From assembly GCA_964507405.1 (NCBI GenBank), contig CAZDPJ010000001.1, forward strand, positions 110,899-174,898: a DNA stretch of 64,000 nt, written 5' to 3'. Positions within the stretch are counted from its first letter, which is position 1; each line of letters starts with the position of its first letter. Below, piece by piece: positions 46,001-54,542 of this stretch. The translations under genes were made by a program, and so were the position numbers. This stretch comes from an uncultured Staphylococcaceae bacterium. GTDB taxonomy: Bacteria > Bacillota_I > Bacilli_A > ML615J-28 > CAG-313. The notes beneath the pieces are model-generated. The model did not search any database and was not told where the DNA came from. It worked only from the letters and a program-made list of their open reading frames with translations.

Positions 46001-47300
46001 GATTAGCACGTTCTTCAATTTCCTTAATAGTAAAATTATTATGTGAAATATTTAAATTACGCCATATGTTTTCATTATAATTCTTAATTATTTTAAAATA
46101 ATGCTCTACTTTTCTTAAATCTTGACATAAATCAAGGACTTCATATCGTTGAATAATTTGTTCAACATCCATATCTAAGAAATTATGAGGTGTATTCTTT
46201 AAAACAGCTAGCGTTTCCATAACATAACGGAAGTTAAAGCCAAAGAATCTTTCATCAATCGTATTTTCAAAATCAATTATTTTTTTCTTTTCTTCATCAG
46301 TTAATGTAACATCCACTACTTCCGGTAAGCTAACTTTAGGTACTTCTATTTCTCTTAAGCTTTTAGTTAAATTATATACATGTGAATCAAGTCCTAAAAA
46401 TTTAAGATTTTTTTCAATATCCCAGACATTATCTAAGTCTTGGTCAACATATAGGATTTTTTTGCCCTTATCAATTGCGTCGGCCATAATATTTAAAATA
46501 GTATATGTTTTTCCAGAACCAAGTCTACCATCTACCGTAAAATTATCACCATGCATAGTTTTTAGAATTACATACTTTTGGTCCATATTTGTTGGTAAAA
46601 TAGCTTTTATTTCATTAAAATATTCATTTAATATTTCATGACTTGGAGTTTCATAAATAGAACGCTCAACATTAAAATAATTATTATTTAATGCGAAATC
46701 ATAATATTCAACATTACAAACAGTTAAATAATTACATGGAGAAAACTTAAACCCTAATTCATCAGCAAGACTTTCCATATATTTATCAATTTGTCCAATA
46801 TTTGTTAAGATCGGATTTGAAAAGTTATCAATAAAGCGATTTTGTTCGTCTTTATTATCTTTAATGATTGTTGATAATTTTTTAAGTAATAAGCGATTAG
46901 TCATAGGTGAACCAGCATTAATTACTCGACCATTTTTATAATCAATTTCAATAGGTATTAATACAACAGGTGCGTACTTTTGGTTTTCTAATGAATCATA
47001 ATATTTAATGGTTCCACAAGTTAAAAAGAACTTGTTAGATGATCTTTTTTGACGTAAACTTAATAAATAATTTAATTGATAATTAACATCATTTTCATCA
47101 TCGCTTATTTTTCCAATTCCTTCATTTAATAAATCATAATATATTAAATTAGATAAATCTAAAACTTGATGATTAATTAATTTATCAATTAACTCAATCG
47201 CAATAACACCAAGTTCCATATAATAGTTATCATCTAAGATACTAAGTAAATGAAGATTATCAGATTTAATATAAAATTTTTGTTCACCTAATCTTTTCAT
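43029..47300 (-). CDS. Large DUF4011-SF1 helicase-Vsr/MTES_1575-like protein with degenerate catalytic motifs
   Basis: DUF4011-like 'FLTCGTIKY...YAPVVLIPIEI'; Walker A DGRLGSGKT.TILNIMADAI..GKKIL; FDLVIIDDGH; IFGD; C-terminal 'FDLII...VAIMLVG...YQRNGWIVEVIFITD'. Confidence 0.7.
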   Translation of the reverse strand: MKRLGEQKFYIKSDNLHLLSILDDNYYMELGVIAIELIDKLINHQVLDLSNLIYYDLLNEGIGKISDDENDVNYQLNYLLSLRQKRSSNKFFLTCGTIKYYDSLENQKYAPVVLIPIEIDYKNGRVINAGSPMTNRLLLKKLSTIIKDNKDEQNRFIDNFSNPILTNIGQIDKYMESLADELGFKFSPCNYLTVCNVEYYDFALNNNYFNVERSIYETPSHEILNEYFNEIKAILPTNMDQKYVILKTMHGDNFTVDGRLGSGKTYTILNIMADAIDKGKKILYVDQDLDNVWDIEKNLKFLGLDSHVYNLTKSLREIEVPKVSLPEVVDVTLTDEEKKKIIDFENTIDERFFGFNFRYVMETLAVLKNTPHNFLDMDVEQIIQRYEVLDLCQDLRKVEHYFKIIKNYNENIWRNLNISHNNFTIKEIEERANHLYDVHIELNNQLTSFCDKYHLTIPSDINDLDRLIGHILSFNSIKPLAIWKDVETRNNALEALFEIQQLADVHYNSIDYYEKNIDHGYEIGDAKKLFKELCGKYYRTINDENIACLDRLLVKEDLNDLVIKLEQNQSKLVKCQVELSKMFESPNFNKNITFEDYSFFIKLLDFLNNNIILRNWFDLLISDYSNFIVTGKKVKELYNKAEEMHEKYLSYILGDNNLNYDEIDALMFNREFASSIKKFFNKSLIRQRHANLTDLIQTVRDYHELMNKVKSYILEDNYRSSKRLEELIKSFTNFYEFASSLEPQQLVYFYKIMPKSKKETRLNLTHIASVLKSFYDECLETDKLCDYLANLNIKINGSFGFEKRQSLGNVKDYLRKFIDCKVSFIQIFKNEPNISISNILELIQIDEQFTDNMDTLELNDTRYHNLLGNNYNGFDTSIIDVVQVLDHFDDFDRRVKSSIKIEQLFVDKTLSAMIEDGIRLRTLWSDWFTAFRAFSVCFKGGKNVIQANNFEDNVVLLGEFKDTTYQIESILFINEVLKKCKLYKLESLHKHIVNAKETDELSNTYLYVTLNKIYEILKKEKPFVFDFAEYENLINKYNQFEINFCTKNIISLQEDDDKKVKTKLPNVKFDDYNKIVDVMSKYANIFLSDLNIFNSDFDLELFDLVIIDDGHLSSANKYNRINECKQCVIFGDKSSQSSIANTLMQRVDDASIVTYHNRYIRMSSRFNNIWTNNNRYIYNYDTRINKQMVNSIEHFAIKVVEFFEKNNNHIINVVVGSDTSKRSIYQAVVKELEKSYSSNEVIEILCYNIRIIDATHEGARYVNDVMIYYNDFLTFEQNQKELIFKNFVVVSNNVYIYYVGTKIDEQNEAILKNINSSIGKIISHPKKLTGISTIICEKLKEKKLRVREGFGYFDLIIDEKNTVAIMLVGKVKDEEYSLLDEYNYYYREYQRNGWIVEVIFITDLINNLQEAIDELVELATNER

Positions 47301-47429
47301 ATTATCACCTATTCTTATACACTTAATTATTTATTATAACACGAATAAAGAAAAAATAAAAGAAAATTGCTAAAAGACTTATTATCACTTTTTTAAAGCA
47401 AAAAGAAAAAGGTAGAATAAACTACCTAA

Positions 47430-48749
47430 TTATACTATGACTGATAATACAAGTAAACCTACAACAATTACCGGGATACTAATTAAAAATCCATACTTAA
47501 TAAATGTAACAAATGAAAATTTAATATTATGTCTTTTTAAAGATGTTAGCCACATGATTCCAGCAAGAGCACCAACAGGAGTAAGTAACGCCCCAATATT
47601 AGAACCAATTATAACCGCATATAATGCAGGCAAACCTAAGGTGCTATTTTCAAGAATACTTGCGTAGGCAACACTCATTGGTATATTATTAATTAAACTA
47701 CATGATAAAAAGGAAGCTATACCATATGTAAATATTCCACCTATTTTTGTATTTGAAATGCTATCAAATAAATTAGATAAATGTAATAATACTTGTTTTT
47801 CTTTTAAGGCAAGAACAATAATAAACATTGAAAGCACAAAAGGAATTAAACTCCATGGTGCTTTTTTATATACCTTTATTTCATGCGATTCATGATGGGA
47901 TATATCATATACAAAAAGATACAAAGAAACAGATATTGCGAAAGCAAGACATATATACCACATTTCAAACTGCATATAAGAAGAAAGAACTAAAAGAATT
48001 GTACATAGGATTAAATGGATAAGACCAGCAATGATTAAATTTTTATTATATTGAGGACTAACCTCATCAACAGATGATTCCATTTTACTATTTAGTTCTT
48101 TTCTAAATATTAAATAAACCATTAAAAAACCAGTAGCCGAAAGAGCAATAGTTGGAAGTACCATTACCTTAAAATAGGCGAAGAAACTAATATTATAGTA
48201 TGTCGCAAGATATATATTAGTAGGATTACCAATAATAAACATCAAAGATAAAGTATTCGCAGCAACAAATTCCCCTACTAAATATGGTATTGGATTAATA
48301 TTCTTCTTTTTAGTAAAATATGCAATAAACGGAGTAAAGGTAAGAATAATTATATCATTTGATGTAAACATTGTTAGAATAGCAACAACAACATATAAGA
48401 GACAAAATAATTTCTTTTGAGAATGTTTTACTTTTTTAAGAGTCCATGTTGCGCATAGTTCAAAAAAGCCAGCATCTTCTAAGACAATCGATAAAAGACT
48501 AATTGAAATAAATAAGATTAATATCTTAAAGGGATTCATTGTTTCATTAAAGTCTATTAATTCTTTTAAACTAGTAGTAGAAACTTGTCCACTAATTAAA
48601 ATAACTAACGCGCCTAATAAACTGACAATCCAAAAAGTTTGTAACGAAATTTTTTTATTTTTAATTTTAAATGTAATAGTTGGTTTTATAATTATTGAAC
48701 AAATTAAAATAACCATTGTAATACTTGCGATAATTATTGTTGTTATCAT
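47430..48749 (-). CDS. ArsB/NhaD-family ion transporter
   Basis: About 12 TMs; FTSNDIIILTFTP, IGNPTNI, INNIPM, GSNIGALLTPVGALAGIMW. Confidence 0.88.
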   Translation of the reverse strand: MITTIIIASITMVILICSIIIKPTITFKIKNKKISLQTFWIVSLLGALVILISGQVSTTSLKELIDFNETMNPFKILILFISISLLSIVLEDAGFFELCATWTLKKVKHSQKKLFCLLYVVVAILTMFTSNDIIILTFTPFIAYFTKKKNINPIPYLVGEFVAANTLSLMFIIGNPTNIYLATYYNISFFAYFKVMVLPTIALSATGFLMVYLIFRKELNSKMESSVDEVSPQYNKNLIIAGLIHLILCTILLVLSSYMQFEMWYICLAFAISVSLYLFVYDISHHESHEIKVYKKAPWSLIPFVLSMFIIVLALKEKQVLLHLSNLFDSISNTKIGGIFTYGIASFLSCSLINNIPMSVAYASILENSTLGLPALYAVIIGSNIGALLTPVGALAGIMWLTSLKRHNIKFSFVTFIKYGFLISIPVIVVGLLVLSVIV

Positions 48750-48822
48750 TTGTCTATATCCTTCTTTTTAAATTAATACCTTAAATATTTTACTCATATT
48801 TTATTTTTTTACATCATAAATG

Positions 48823-50685
48823 CTATAAATTTTCAAATATTATTTCATATATATCTTTTTTAATTTCATTGTTTAATATTTTATTAGCTAAATCTTTATT
48901 TAAATGATATTTATCGATTAACTTTTGATAATTATTATTATTTCTTTTAATAGTTGGTAATATTAATTTATCATCTAAATTTTTACTATCATCAATAAAA
49001 CCAATATTGTCAACATTTACTTTATTTTCAACAATAAACATTATATTTTGAAGGTTTATCTTGCGTCCCTTATTATCATAGAAATAATCTGTTTTCATCA
49101 TTTTATCTAAAATCGATTTAATTGAATAATGAATGTTATGATAATTCTTAAAGTAAATTAAAGATAATGGATACTTTAATATATGTTCTGATAACAAACC
49201 ACCTTGTTCATAACCTACATACCCTTTTGAAGAACCTAGTAAATTATTGATCATTGTACTATCTTTATAATTATCTAAATCTATTTCTAATAACATTTCT
49301 TTTTTAAAGTTAAAGATTAGATATAAATCGTCTAATAAATAACTAATATCAAAATCACTATTTACGTATACTTTAAATATATTAGGATATATCATTATTT
49401 TTTCCATAAATCTAAAATAATATGGTTTTAGTACATCATAATTTAACTTGGCTATTTTTAGTTCATTAAATTTTAAAATATGAATATTTGATATATCTTG
49501 GATTACTTCATCTATTACTTCTTCTTTTTTCTTTGTTAAGTCATTCATATGATATCTTGAACCTACTTCATCTAAGACATCAATGGCTTTATCTGGAAAA
49601 GACCTTTGAGGTAAGTATAATACACATTTATCAATTATTAAGTCAATATCATGACTTGTAAATTTAATATTATGATATTCTTCATACTTGTCTTTAATCT
49701 TCATTAAAATATTTTTCGTCTCACTAATTGTAGGTTCATCAATAAAAACAGTTTGAAATCTCCTCATTAGAGCCTTATCTTTATCAATAAATTTATAATA
49801 TTCATCAAGAGTAGTCGCCCCAATAACAGAAATTTCCGTTTTAGATAAATATGGCTTTAAAATATTAGCAATATCTAGTGAACCTTCATTAGAACCTGAC
49901 CCTACAACATTATGGATTTCGTCAATAAATAAAATAGCTTTTTTATTTTTAATAAAATCCATTACTTTTAATAATTTTTCTTCTAGTTCACCCCTATATT
50001 TCGTCCCCGCAACAACTCCACCTAAGTCAAGTTGATAAATGATATCATCGGTTCTAATTTTCGATAGTCCTTCAATGATTGATGTTTTACCAACTCCAGC
50101 ACTACCAATTAATAAGGGATTATTCTTTTGTTTTTTATTTAATATATAACTTATTCTTTCGATATAATTACTTCGTTTAATAAAAGGATGGATCATACTT
50201 TTTTTTGTTAAATTAATTAAATATGGAAAAGGCTCCTCCTCTTTTTCATCTTTATAAAAATTAAAGATATCTTCTATATCCTCTATTAAATATTCAATAT
50301 TTATATTTAATTCTTTTAATACTTCGTTTCCAGCATTTTCATCATCTTTTAACATTACATAAAATAAGTGTTCATCAAAAACATATTTACTATCAATTGT
50401 TTCAATAAATTCTTCTGCTTTAACAACTAATTCTTGAAATTTGTCCGTAAACATTAAATCAGAAGTTGCTTTTTTATGAATAATCGTTAATCTATTTAAT
50501 GAATCTAGTAACATTTCATATGTAATGTTTTTTTCTTGTAATAAGAATCTACAAATAGAGTCTGGTGTTTGATACATGGCAAGTAACAAATGTTCAGTAC
50601 CGACTACTGTAGAACTTTGGTTTGATGCGATTTTTTTCGCATCTTCAATTATTTGAATAGCTTGAGCGCTAAATGATTCTAACAT
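48823..50685 (-). CDS. ClpC-like AAA+ protein with intact D1 and degenerate D2
   Basis: Clp N-domain (VGTEHLLL), KNNPLLIGSAGVGKT, AGTKYRGELE, FIDEIH, FPDKAID. D2 keeps GYVGY and IGF but has no Walker A/B. ATG 50685 after GGAGG. Confidence 0.8.
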   Translation of the reverse strand: MLESFSAQAIQIIEDAKKIASNQSSTVVGTEHLLLAMYQTPDSICRFLLQEKNITYEMLLDSLNRLTIIHKKATSDLMFTDKFQELVVKAEEFIETIDSKYVFDEHLFYVMLKDDENAGNEVLKELNINIEYLIEDIEDIFNFYKDEKEEEPFPYLINLTKKSMIHPFIKRSNYIERISYILNKKQKNNPLLIGSAGVGKTSIIEGLSKIRTDDIIYQLDLGGVVAGTKYRGELEEKLLKVMDFIKNKKAILFIDEIHNVVGSGSNEGSLDIANILKPYLSKTEISVIGATTLDEYYKFIDKDKALMRRFQTVFIDEPTISETKNILMKIKDKYEEYHNIKFTSHDIDLIIDKCVLYLPQRSFPDKAIDVLDEVGSRYHMNDLTKKKEEVIDEVIQDISNIHILKFNELKIAKLNYDVLKPYYFRFMEKIMIYPNIFKVYVNSDFDISYLLDDLYLIFNFKKEMLLEIDLDNYKDSTMINNLLGSSKGYVGYEQGGLLSEHILKYPLSLIYFKNYHNIHYSIKSILDKMMKTDYFYDNKGRKINLQNIMFIVENKVNVDNIGFIDDSKNLDDKLILPTIKRNNNNYQKLIDKYHLNKDLANKILNNEIKKDIYEIIFENL

Positions 50686-50773
50686 TTCTTCCTCCTCATA
50701 CACTAATAACATTATATGTTTAATTAACAATTAATAAAACTAATTTTATCAAGGAGATTAAACTATAAAATGC

Positions 50774-50801
50774 TTGACAAAAATAAGTAAATCATTATAA
50801 T
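50774..50801 (+). promoter_or_regulatory. SigmaA promoter of hflX
   Basis: TTGACA-N16-TATAAT, upstream of the GAGGTGA RBS. Confidence 0.8.
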
Positions 50802-50822
50802 TTAAATAAAGAGGTGATATAG

Positions 50823-52109
50823 ATGGAAACAATTAATAATCTCAATAATAAAGTATTACTTGTAGGTATTAATACTGGTAATGATGAATTATTTCATTAT
50901 GAAATGACCGAAATGGAAAATCTTTGTGTCGCCCTTAATTTAGAGGTTGTGGAAGTTATTTCTCAAAGTCTTCCAACAAGCATTACAAGTACTTATCTTG
51001 GAAGTGGTAAACTAGATGAAGTAAAAAGATACGCAGAATCACTAAATGTTGATTATATTGTTTTTAATGATGAATTATCACCTGTTCAATTTAAAAATAT
51101 AACTAATTATATGAATACTCCAGTAATTGATCGCACGATGCTTATTCTTGAAATTTTTAAAATTCGTGCGAAAACAAAGGAAGCCGTTCTTCAAGTTATG
51201 CTTGCTGAAGAGAAATTTAAGCTTCCTCGTCTTGCAGGGTCATATACAAATTTATCCAGAATTGGTGGTGGCGGTGGTGGTACTAGTGGTGCCCGTCGTG
51301 GTAGTGGTGAGACTAAACTTGAACTTGATCGAAGACACATTGAAAATAGAATCAGTAAAATTAAAGATGAATTAGAAAAAATAGTTCAAGCTAGAAAAAC
51401 TAGCAGAAAAAAAAGAACAACAAACGAAATACCTGTTGTTGCTTTAGTTGGGTATACAAATGCTGGTAAATCAACGATGATGAATAGCATATTAAATATA
51501 TATAATAAAGATGAAAATAAATTAGTTTTTGTAAAAGATATGTTATTTGCAACTTTAGAAACATCTACTAGAAATATAAAATTACCTAATAATTTAGAAT
51601 TTCTCATTACTGATACAGTTGGATTTGTAAGTAAACTACCCCATCATTTAGTTGAGTCATTTAAATCAACTTTAGAAGAAATAAAAGAAGCAAATTTAAT
51701 TATTCATGTAATTGACGCTTCTAGTCCCTATCTTGACCTACAAGTAAAGACAACTAATCAAGTACTTAGTGAACTAGGAATTAAGGATATTCCGATTGTA
51801 TATGCGGTAAATAAAATAGATAAATTACCAAGTGATATATATATACCTAACAATTATTCACCATCAATAAATACTTCATCAAAAACTACGGAAGGTTATA
51901 GTGAACTAATTAAATATATTGAAAATGCCTTATTTTCTAATTATGAAACAAATACTTATATGTTACCTTTTAGCCAAGGCAATATATATAATATCATGAA
52001 AGAAAAAGGTGAAGTATATGAAACTTCATACTTACCTGAAGGAATCAAGGTAAGAGTACGTCTATCTGTTCATTTAACTAATCTATATTCTAAATATAAA
52101 ATAAATTAA
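50823..52109 (+). CDS. hflX: Ribosome-splitting GTPase HflX
   Basis: GSGKLDE, DRTMLILEIF, GETKLELDRR, GYTNAGKS, LFATL, DTVGF, NKID. Confidence 0.96.
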   Translation: METINNLNNKVLLVGINTGNDELFHYEMTEMENLCVALNLEVVEVISQSLPTSITSTYLGSGKLDEVKRYAESLNVDYIVFNDELSPVQFKNITNYMNTPVIDRTMLILEIFKIRAKTKEAVLQVMLAEEKFKLPRLAGSYTNLSRIGGGGGGTSGARRGSGETKLELDRRHIENRISKIKDELEKIVQARKTSRKKRTTNEIPVVALVGYTNAGKSTMMNSILNIYNKDENKLVFVKDMLFATLETSTRNIKLPNNLEFLITDTVGFVSKLPHHLVESFKSTLEEIKEANLIIHVIDASSPYLDLQVKTTNQVLSELGIKDIPIVYAVNKIDKLPSDIYIPNNYSPSINTSSKTTEGYSELIKYIENALFSNYETNTYMLPFSQGNIYNIMKEKGEVYETSYLPEGIKVRVRLSVHLTNLYSKYKIN

Positions 52110-52129
52110 AAACACCACTAGGTGTTTTT
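52108..52129. terminator. Bidirectional terminator between hflX and the SGNH hydrolase
   Basis: AAAAACACC-ACTA-GGTGTTTTT. Confidence 0.75.
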
Positions 52130-52805
52130 ATTTTTTTATATTATCTAAAATACTAGAAGCAATCATTTTCATTCCTTCATTATTCGGATGATATCCATCA
52201 ATTGATTCATAAATATATTGTTGTTTATATATATCAATAAACTTACATTCTAATTCTTTAGAACATTTATTTATTATATTACAATATTCTTCAATATTGT
52301 ATTTTCTATTTTCATTACAATACTTATTAATTTTATTATCATTTATACTTCCATATGGTAAACTCACACACCAGATTTCAGCAGAATTATAGTTTTCTTT
52401 TAATCTTTGAAGCATTGACTTATATGAATAATAAAACAATTCATTAGGATTAAATCCACTTCCCCAGTCATTAAGTCCCATAAAAACAATAATAACATCT
52501 GGTTTTTTATCCAAAGTACTTAAGGATGAAGTTCTTTCCATACTACAGCCAAAAGATGGAAATAGATGTATCGGTGTTTTAGATACCGTACTTCCCGAAT
52601 ATGAATTATTAACAAGTACTATTCCACCTAACTTATTAATTACTATTCCCCACCATGTATCATGCACTTCATTGATTTGTGTTTGACATCTATTAATTAA
52701 ACTATAAAAACATGCTTCACTTGGAATACTATCGCCCTCTAGTGTACTGATTGAATCACCTAAAATAGAGAAATATTTATTATTGTATTTATTTAAATCA
52801 TTCAT
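52128..52805 (-). CDS. SGNH/GDSL hydrolase
   Basis: LGDSIS, SGS, GLND and DGYHP blocks. Confidence 0.9.
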   Translation of the reverse strand: MNDLNKYNNKYFSILGDSISTLEGDSIPSEACFYSLINRCQTQINEVHDTWWGIVINKLGGIVLVNNSYSGSTVSKTPIHLFPSFGCSMERTSSLSTLDKKPDVIIVFMGLNDWGSGFNPNELFYYSYKSMLQRLKENYNSAEIWCVSLPYGSINDNKINKYCNENRKYNIEEYCNIINKCSKELECKFIDIYKQQYIYESIDGYHPNNEGMKMIASSILDNIKK

Positions 52806-52812
52806 AATTTGA

Positions 52813-53535
52813 TTAATAATTTTCTTTAATATAATTTACAAGACTAACTATATTTTCTTCTGGTATATTAGGTGTTTTAATACTTTCTTCTTCATATAAA
52901 TAGCCACCAGAAATTGCTTCACCTACTTTATTAAATGTAATACTAGTCGTAAAATTATTTAGCATTACTTCTGGTAAATTATTTACATAATTACTATTTA
53001 TCGCAAGTATTAAATAAATACCAGCCGCACGAGCTTTTTGTAATATTAAAACAAGACTACTGTTTACATCCTCACTCATTGATTTTTCATAGTCATCAAT
53101 TATAACAACTATTTTTTGTAATTTATCATCCTTAACTTTCTTATTATACTCATTAATATTATAAACTTCTTCTTTTTGAAATAAGTTATAACGATTCTCT
53201 AATTCATTACATATATATTTTAATAAGTCATCTTTTTTAATTATATGTGGTAATTCATTGTATAACTTAAAACTATCACTAGATAATAATATTAAGCCTA
53301 GGTCAAGTGGAGAATAATTAGCAATTAAGCTTGCGATAATAGTATTTAGAAGCGTTGTTTTACCATATTTATTATCGCCAATAATAATAAGATTTGATGC
53401 ATCTTCTATGTTACAGTCAACTGAATTATTTGTTTCATTTTTTCCAAGATATATATTAATTTCTTTTGATTCATTACTAGAATAATCTTCAATATATTTT
53501 GTAAATAGTTCTTTTGGTATATTATATTTTTTCAT
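52813..53535 (-). CDS. Free-standing FtsK/SpoIIIE motor-like domain with eroded motifs
   Basis: 'LPHII', 'ELENRYNLF', 'NINEYN', 'IVVIIDD', 'QKARAAGIYLILA'; Walker A reads GDNKYGKT. Confidence 0.75.
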   Translation of the reverse strand: MKKYNIPKELFTKYIEDYSSNESKEINIYLGKNETNNSVDCNIEDASNLIIIGDNKYGKTTLLNTIIASLIANYSPLDLGLILLSSDSFKLYNELPHIIKKDDLLKYICNELENRYNLFQKEEVYNINEYNKKVKDDKLQKIVVIIDDYEKSMSEDVNSSLVLILQKARAAGIYLILAINSNYVNNLPEVMLNNFTTSITFNKVGEAISGGYLYEEESIKTPNIPEENIVSLVNYIKENY

Positions 53536-53548
53536 TATTTATCATCTC

Positions 53549-54520
53549 CTATATATATGTTCTTGATAATATTGCCTTACTTAAATTCAATAATTCTTGA
53601 TAAGTTTTAATAGATACAATACTTGTTCGATATTGTTTTGTCATTGGTATTTGTTTTAAATACCATGCGGCATGGGTTCTCATTTCAATTATTGCAATAT
53701 GTTCACCCTTTAAAGTAATAAGCCTTTGTGCATGGTCAAGCATTGTTTCAATCACTTCTTTAGTTGTTGGTTTTTCTAAAATAATGTTATCCTTAAAATA
53801 ACTATTCAACTCACTAAATATCCAAGGATTACCGAGACTTGCTCTTCCAATCATTAAGGCATCAACATTTGTTTCTTCATACATCTTAATTGCGGAATCA
53901 ATTGACTTGATATCACCATTGCCAATTACAGGTACTGTTGAAACTTCTTTTACCATTTTTATATAATCTAAATTAGCAGTACCGTTATAAAAATCAGACC
54001 TCGTTCTTCCATGTATAGCGATTGCGTCAACACCAGCTTTACATGCAAGTTTAGTTACTACATCACAATTAATATTATTATGGTCAAATCCAGCTCTAAT
54101 TTTAATTGTAATAGGAATATCAATATTATCTTTTAAACTTTTAACGATATCATATATTTTATCAGGGGTTTTTAAAAGAGCACTTCCCGATCCATTTTTA
54201 ACCACTTTATTAACAGGACACCCCATATTAACATCAATTACATCAACATTAGTATTAGATACAATTAATTTAGCAGCATTTGTAATTGTTTCATAATCAC
54301 TACCAAAAATTTGCATTGCAATCGGATGTTCAGATTCAGCTGTTTCTATCATCTTTAATGTTTTTTCATTACCATACATTAAACCTTTATCACTTACCAT
54401 TTCCGCATACACCATGCCAGCCCCCATTTCTAGAGCTATGGTCCTAAATGATGAAGTAGTAACTCCAGCCATTGGTGCAAGTATTAAGTTGTTTTTTAAT
54501 TCGACATTACCAATTTTCAT
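53549..54520 (-). CDS. dusB: tRNA-dihydrouridine synthase B
   Basis: LAPMAGVT, QIFGSD, NMGCP, KIRAG, IHGRTR, NGDI, MIGRASLGNPW. Confidence 0.95.
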   Translation of the reverse strand: MKIGNVELKNNLILAPMAGVTTSSFRTIALEMGAGMVYAEMVSDKGLMYGNEKTLKMIETAESEHPIAMQIFGSDYETITNAAKLIVSNTNVDVIDVNMGCPVNKVVKNGSGSALLKTPDKIYDIVKSLKDNIDIPITIKIRAGFDHNNINCDVVTKLACKAGVDAIAIHGRTRSDFYNGTANLDYIKMVKEVSTVPVIGNGDIKSIDSAIKMYEETNVDALMIGRASLGNPWIFSELNSYFKDNIILEKPTTKEVIETMLDHAQRLITLKGEHIAIIEMRTHAAWYLKQIPMTKQYRTSIVSIKTYQELLNLSKAILSRTYI

Positions 54521-54542
54521 CACTACCTCCTAAGATTTAAAA

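Noticed and set aside
27946-54506. Single TTCGACA heptamers inside the groS and dusB coding regions
   Set aside because: Isolated, intragenic and expected by chance, unlike the tandem intergenic pair at 58298-58314.
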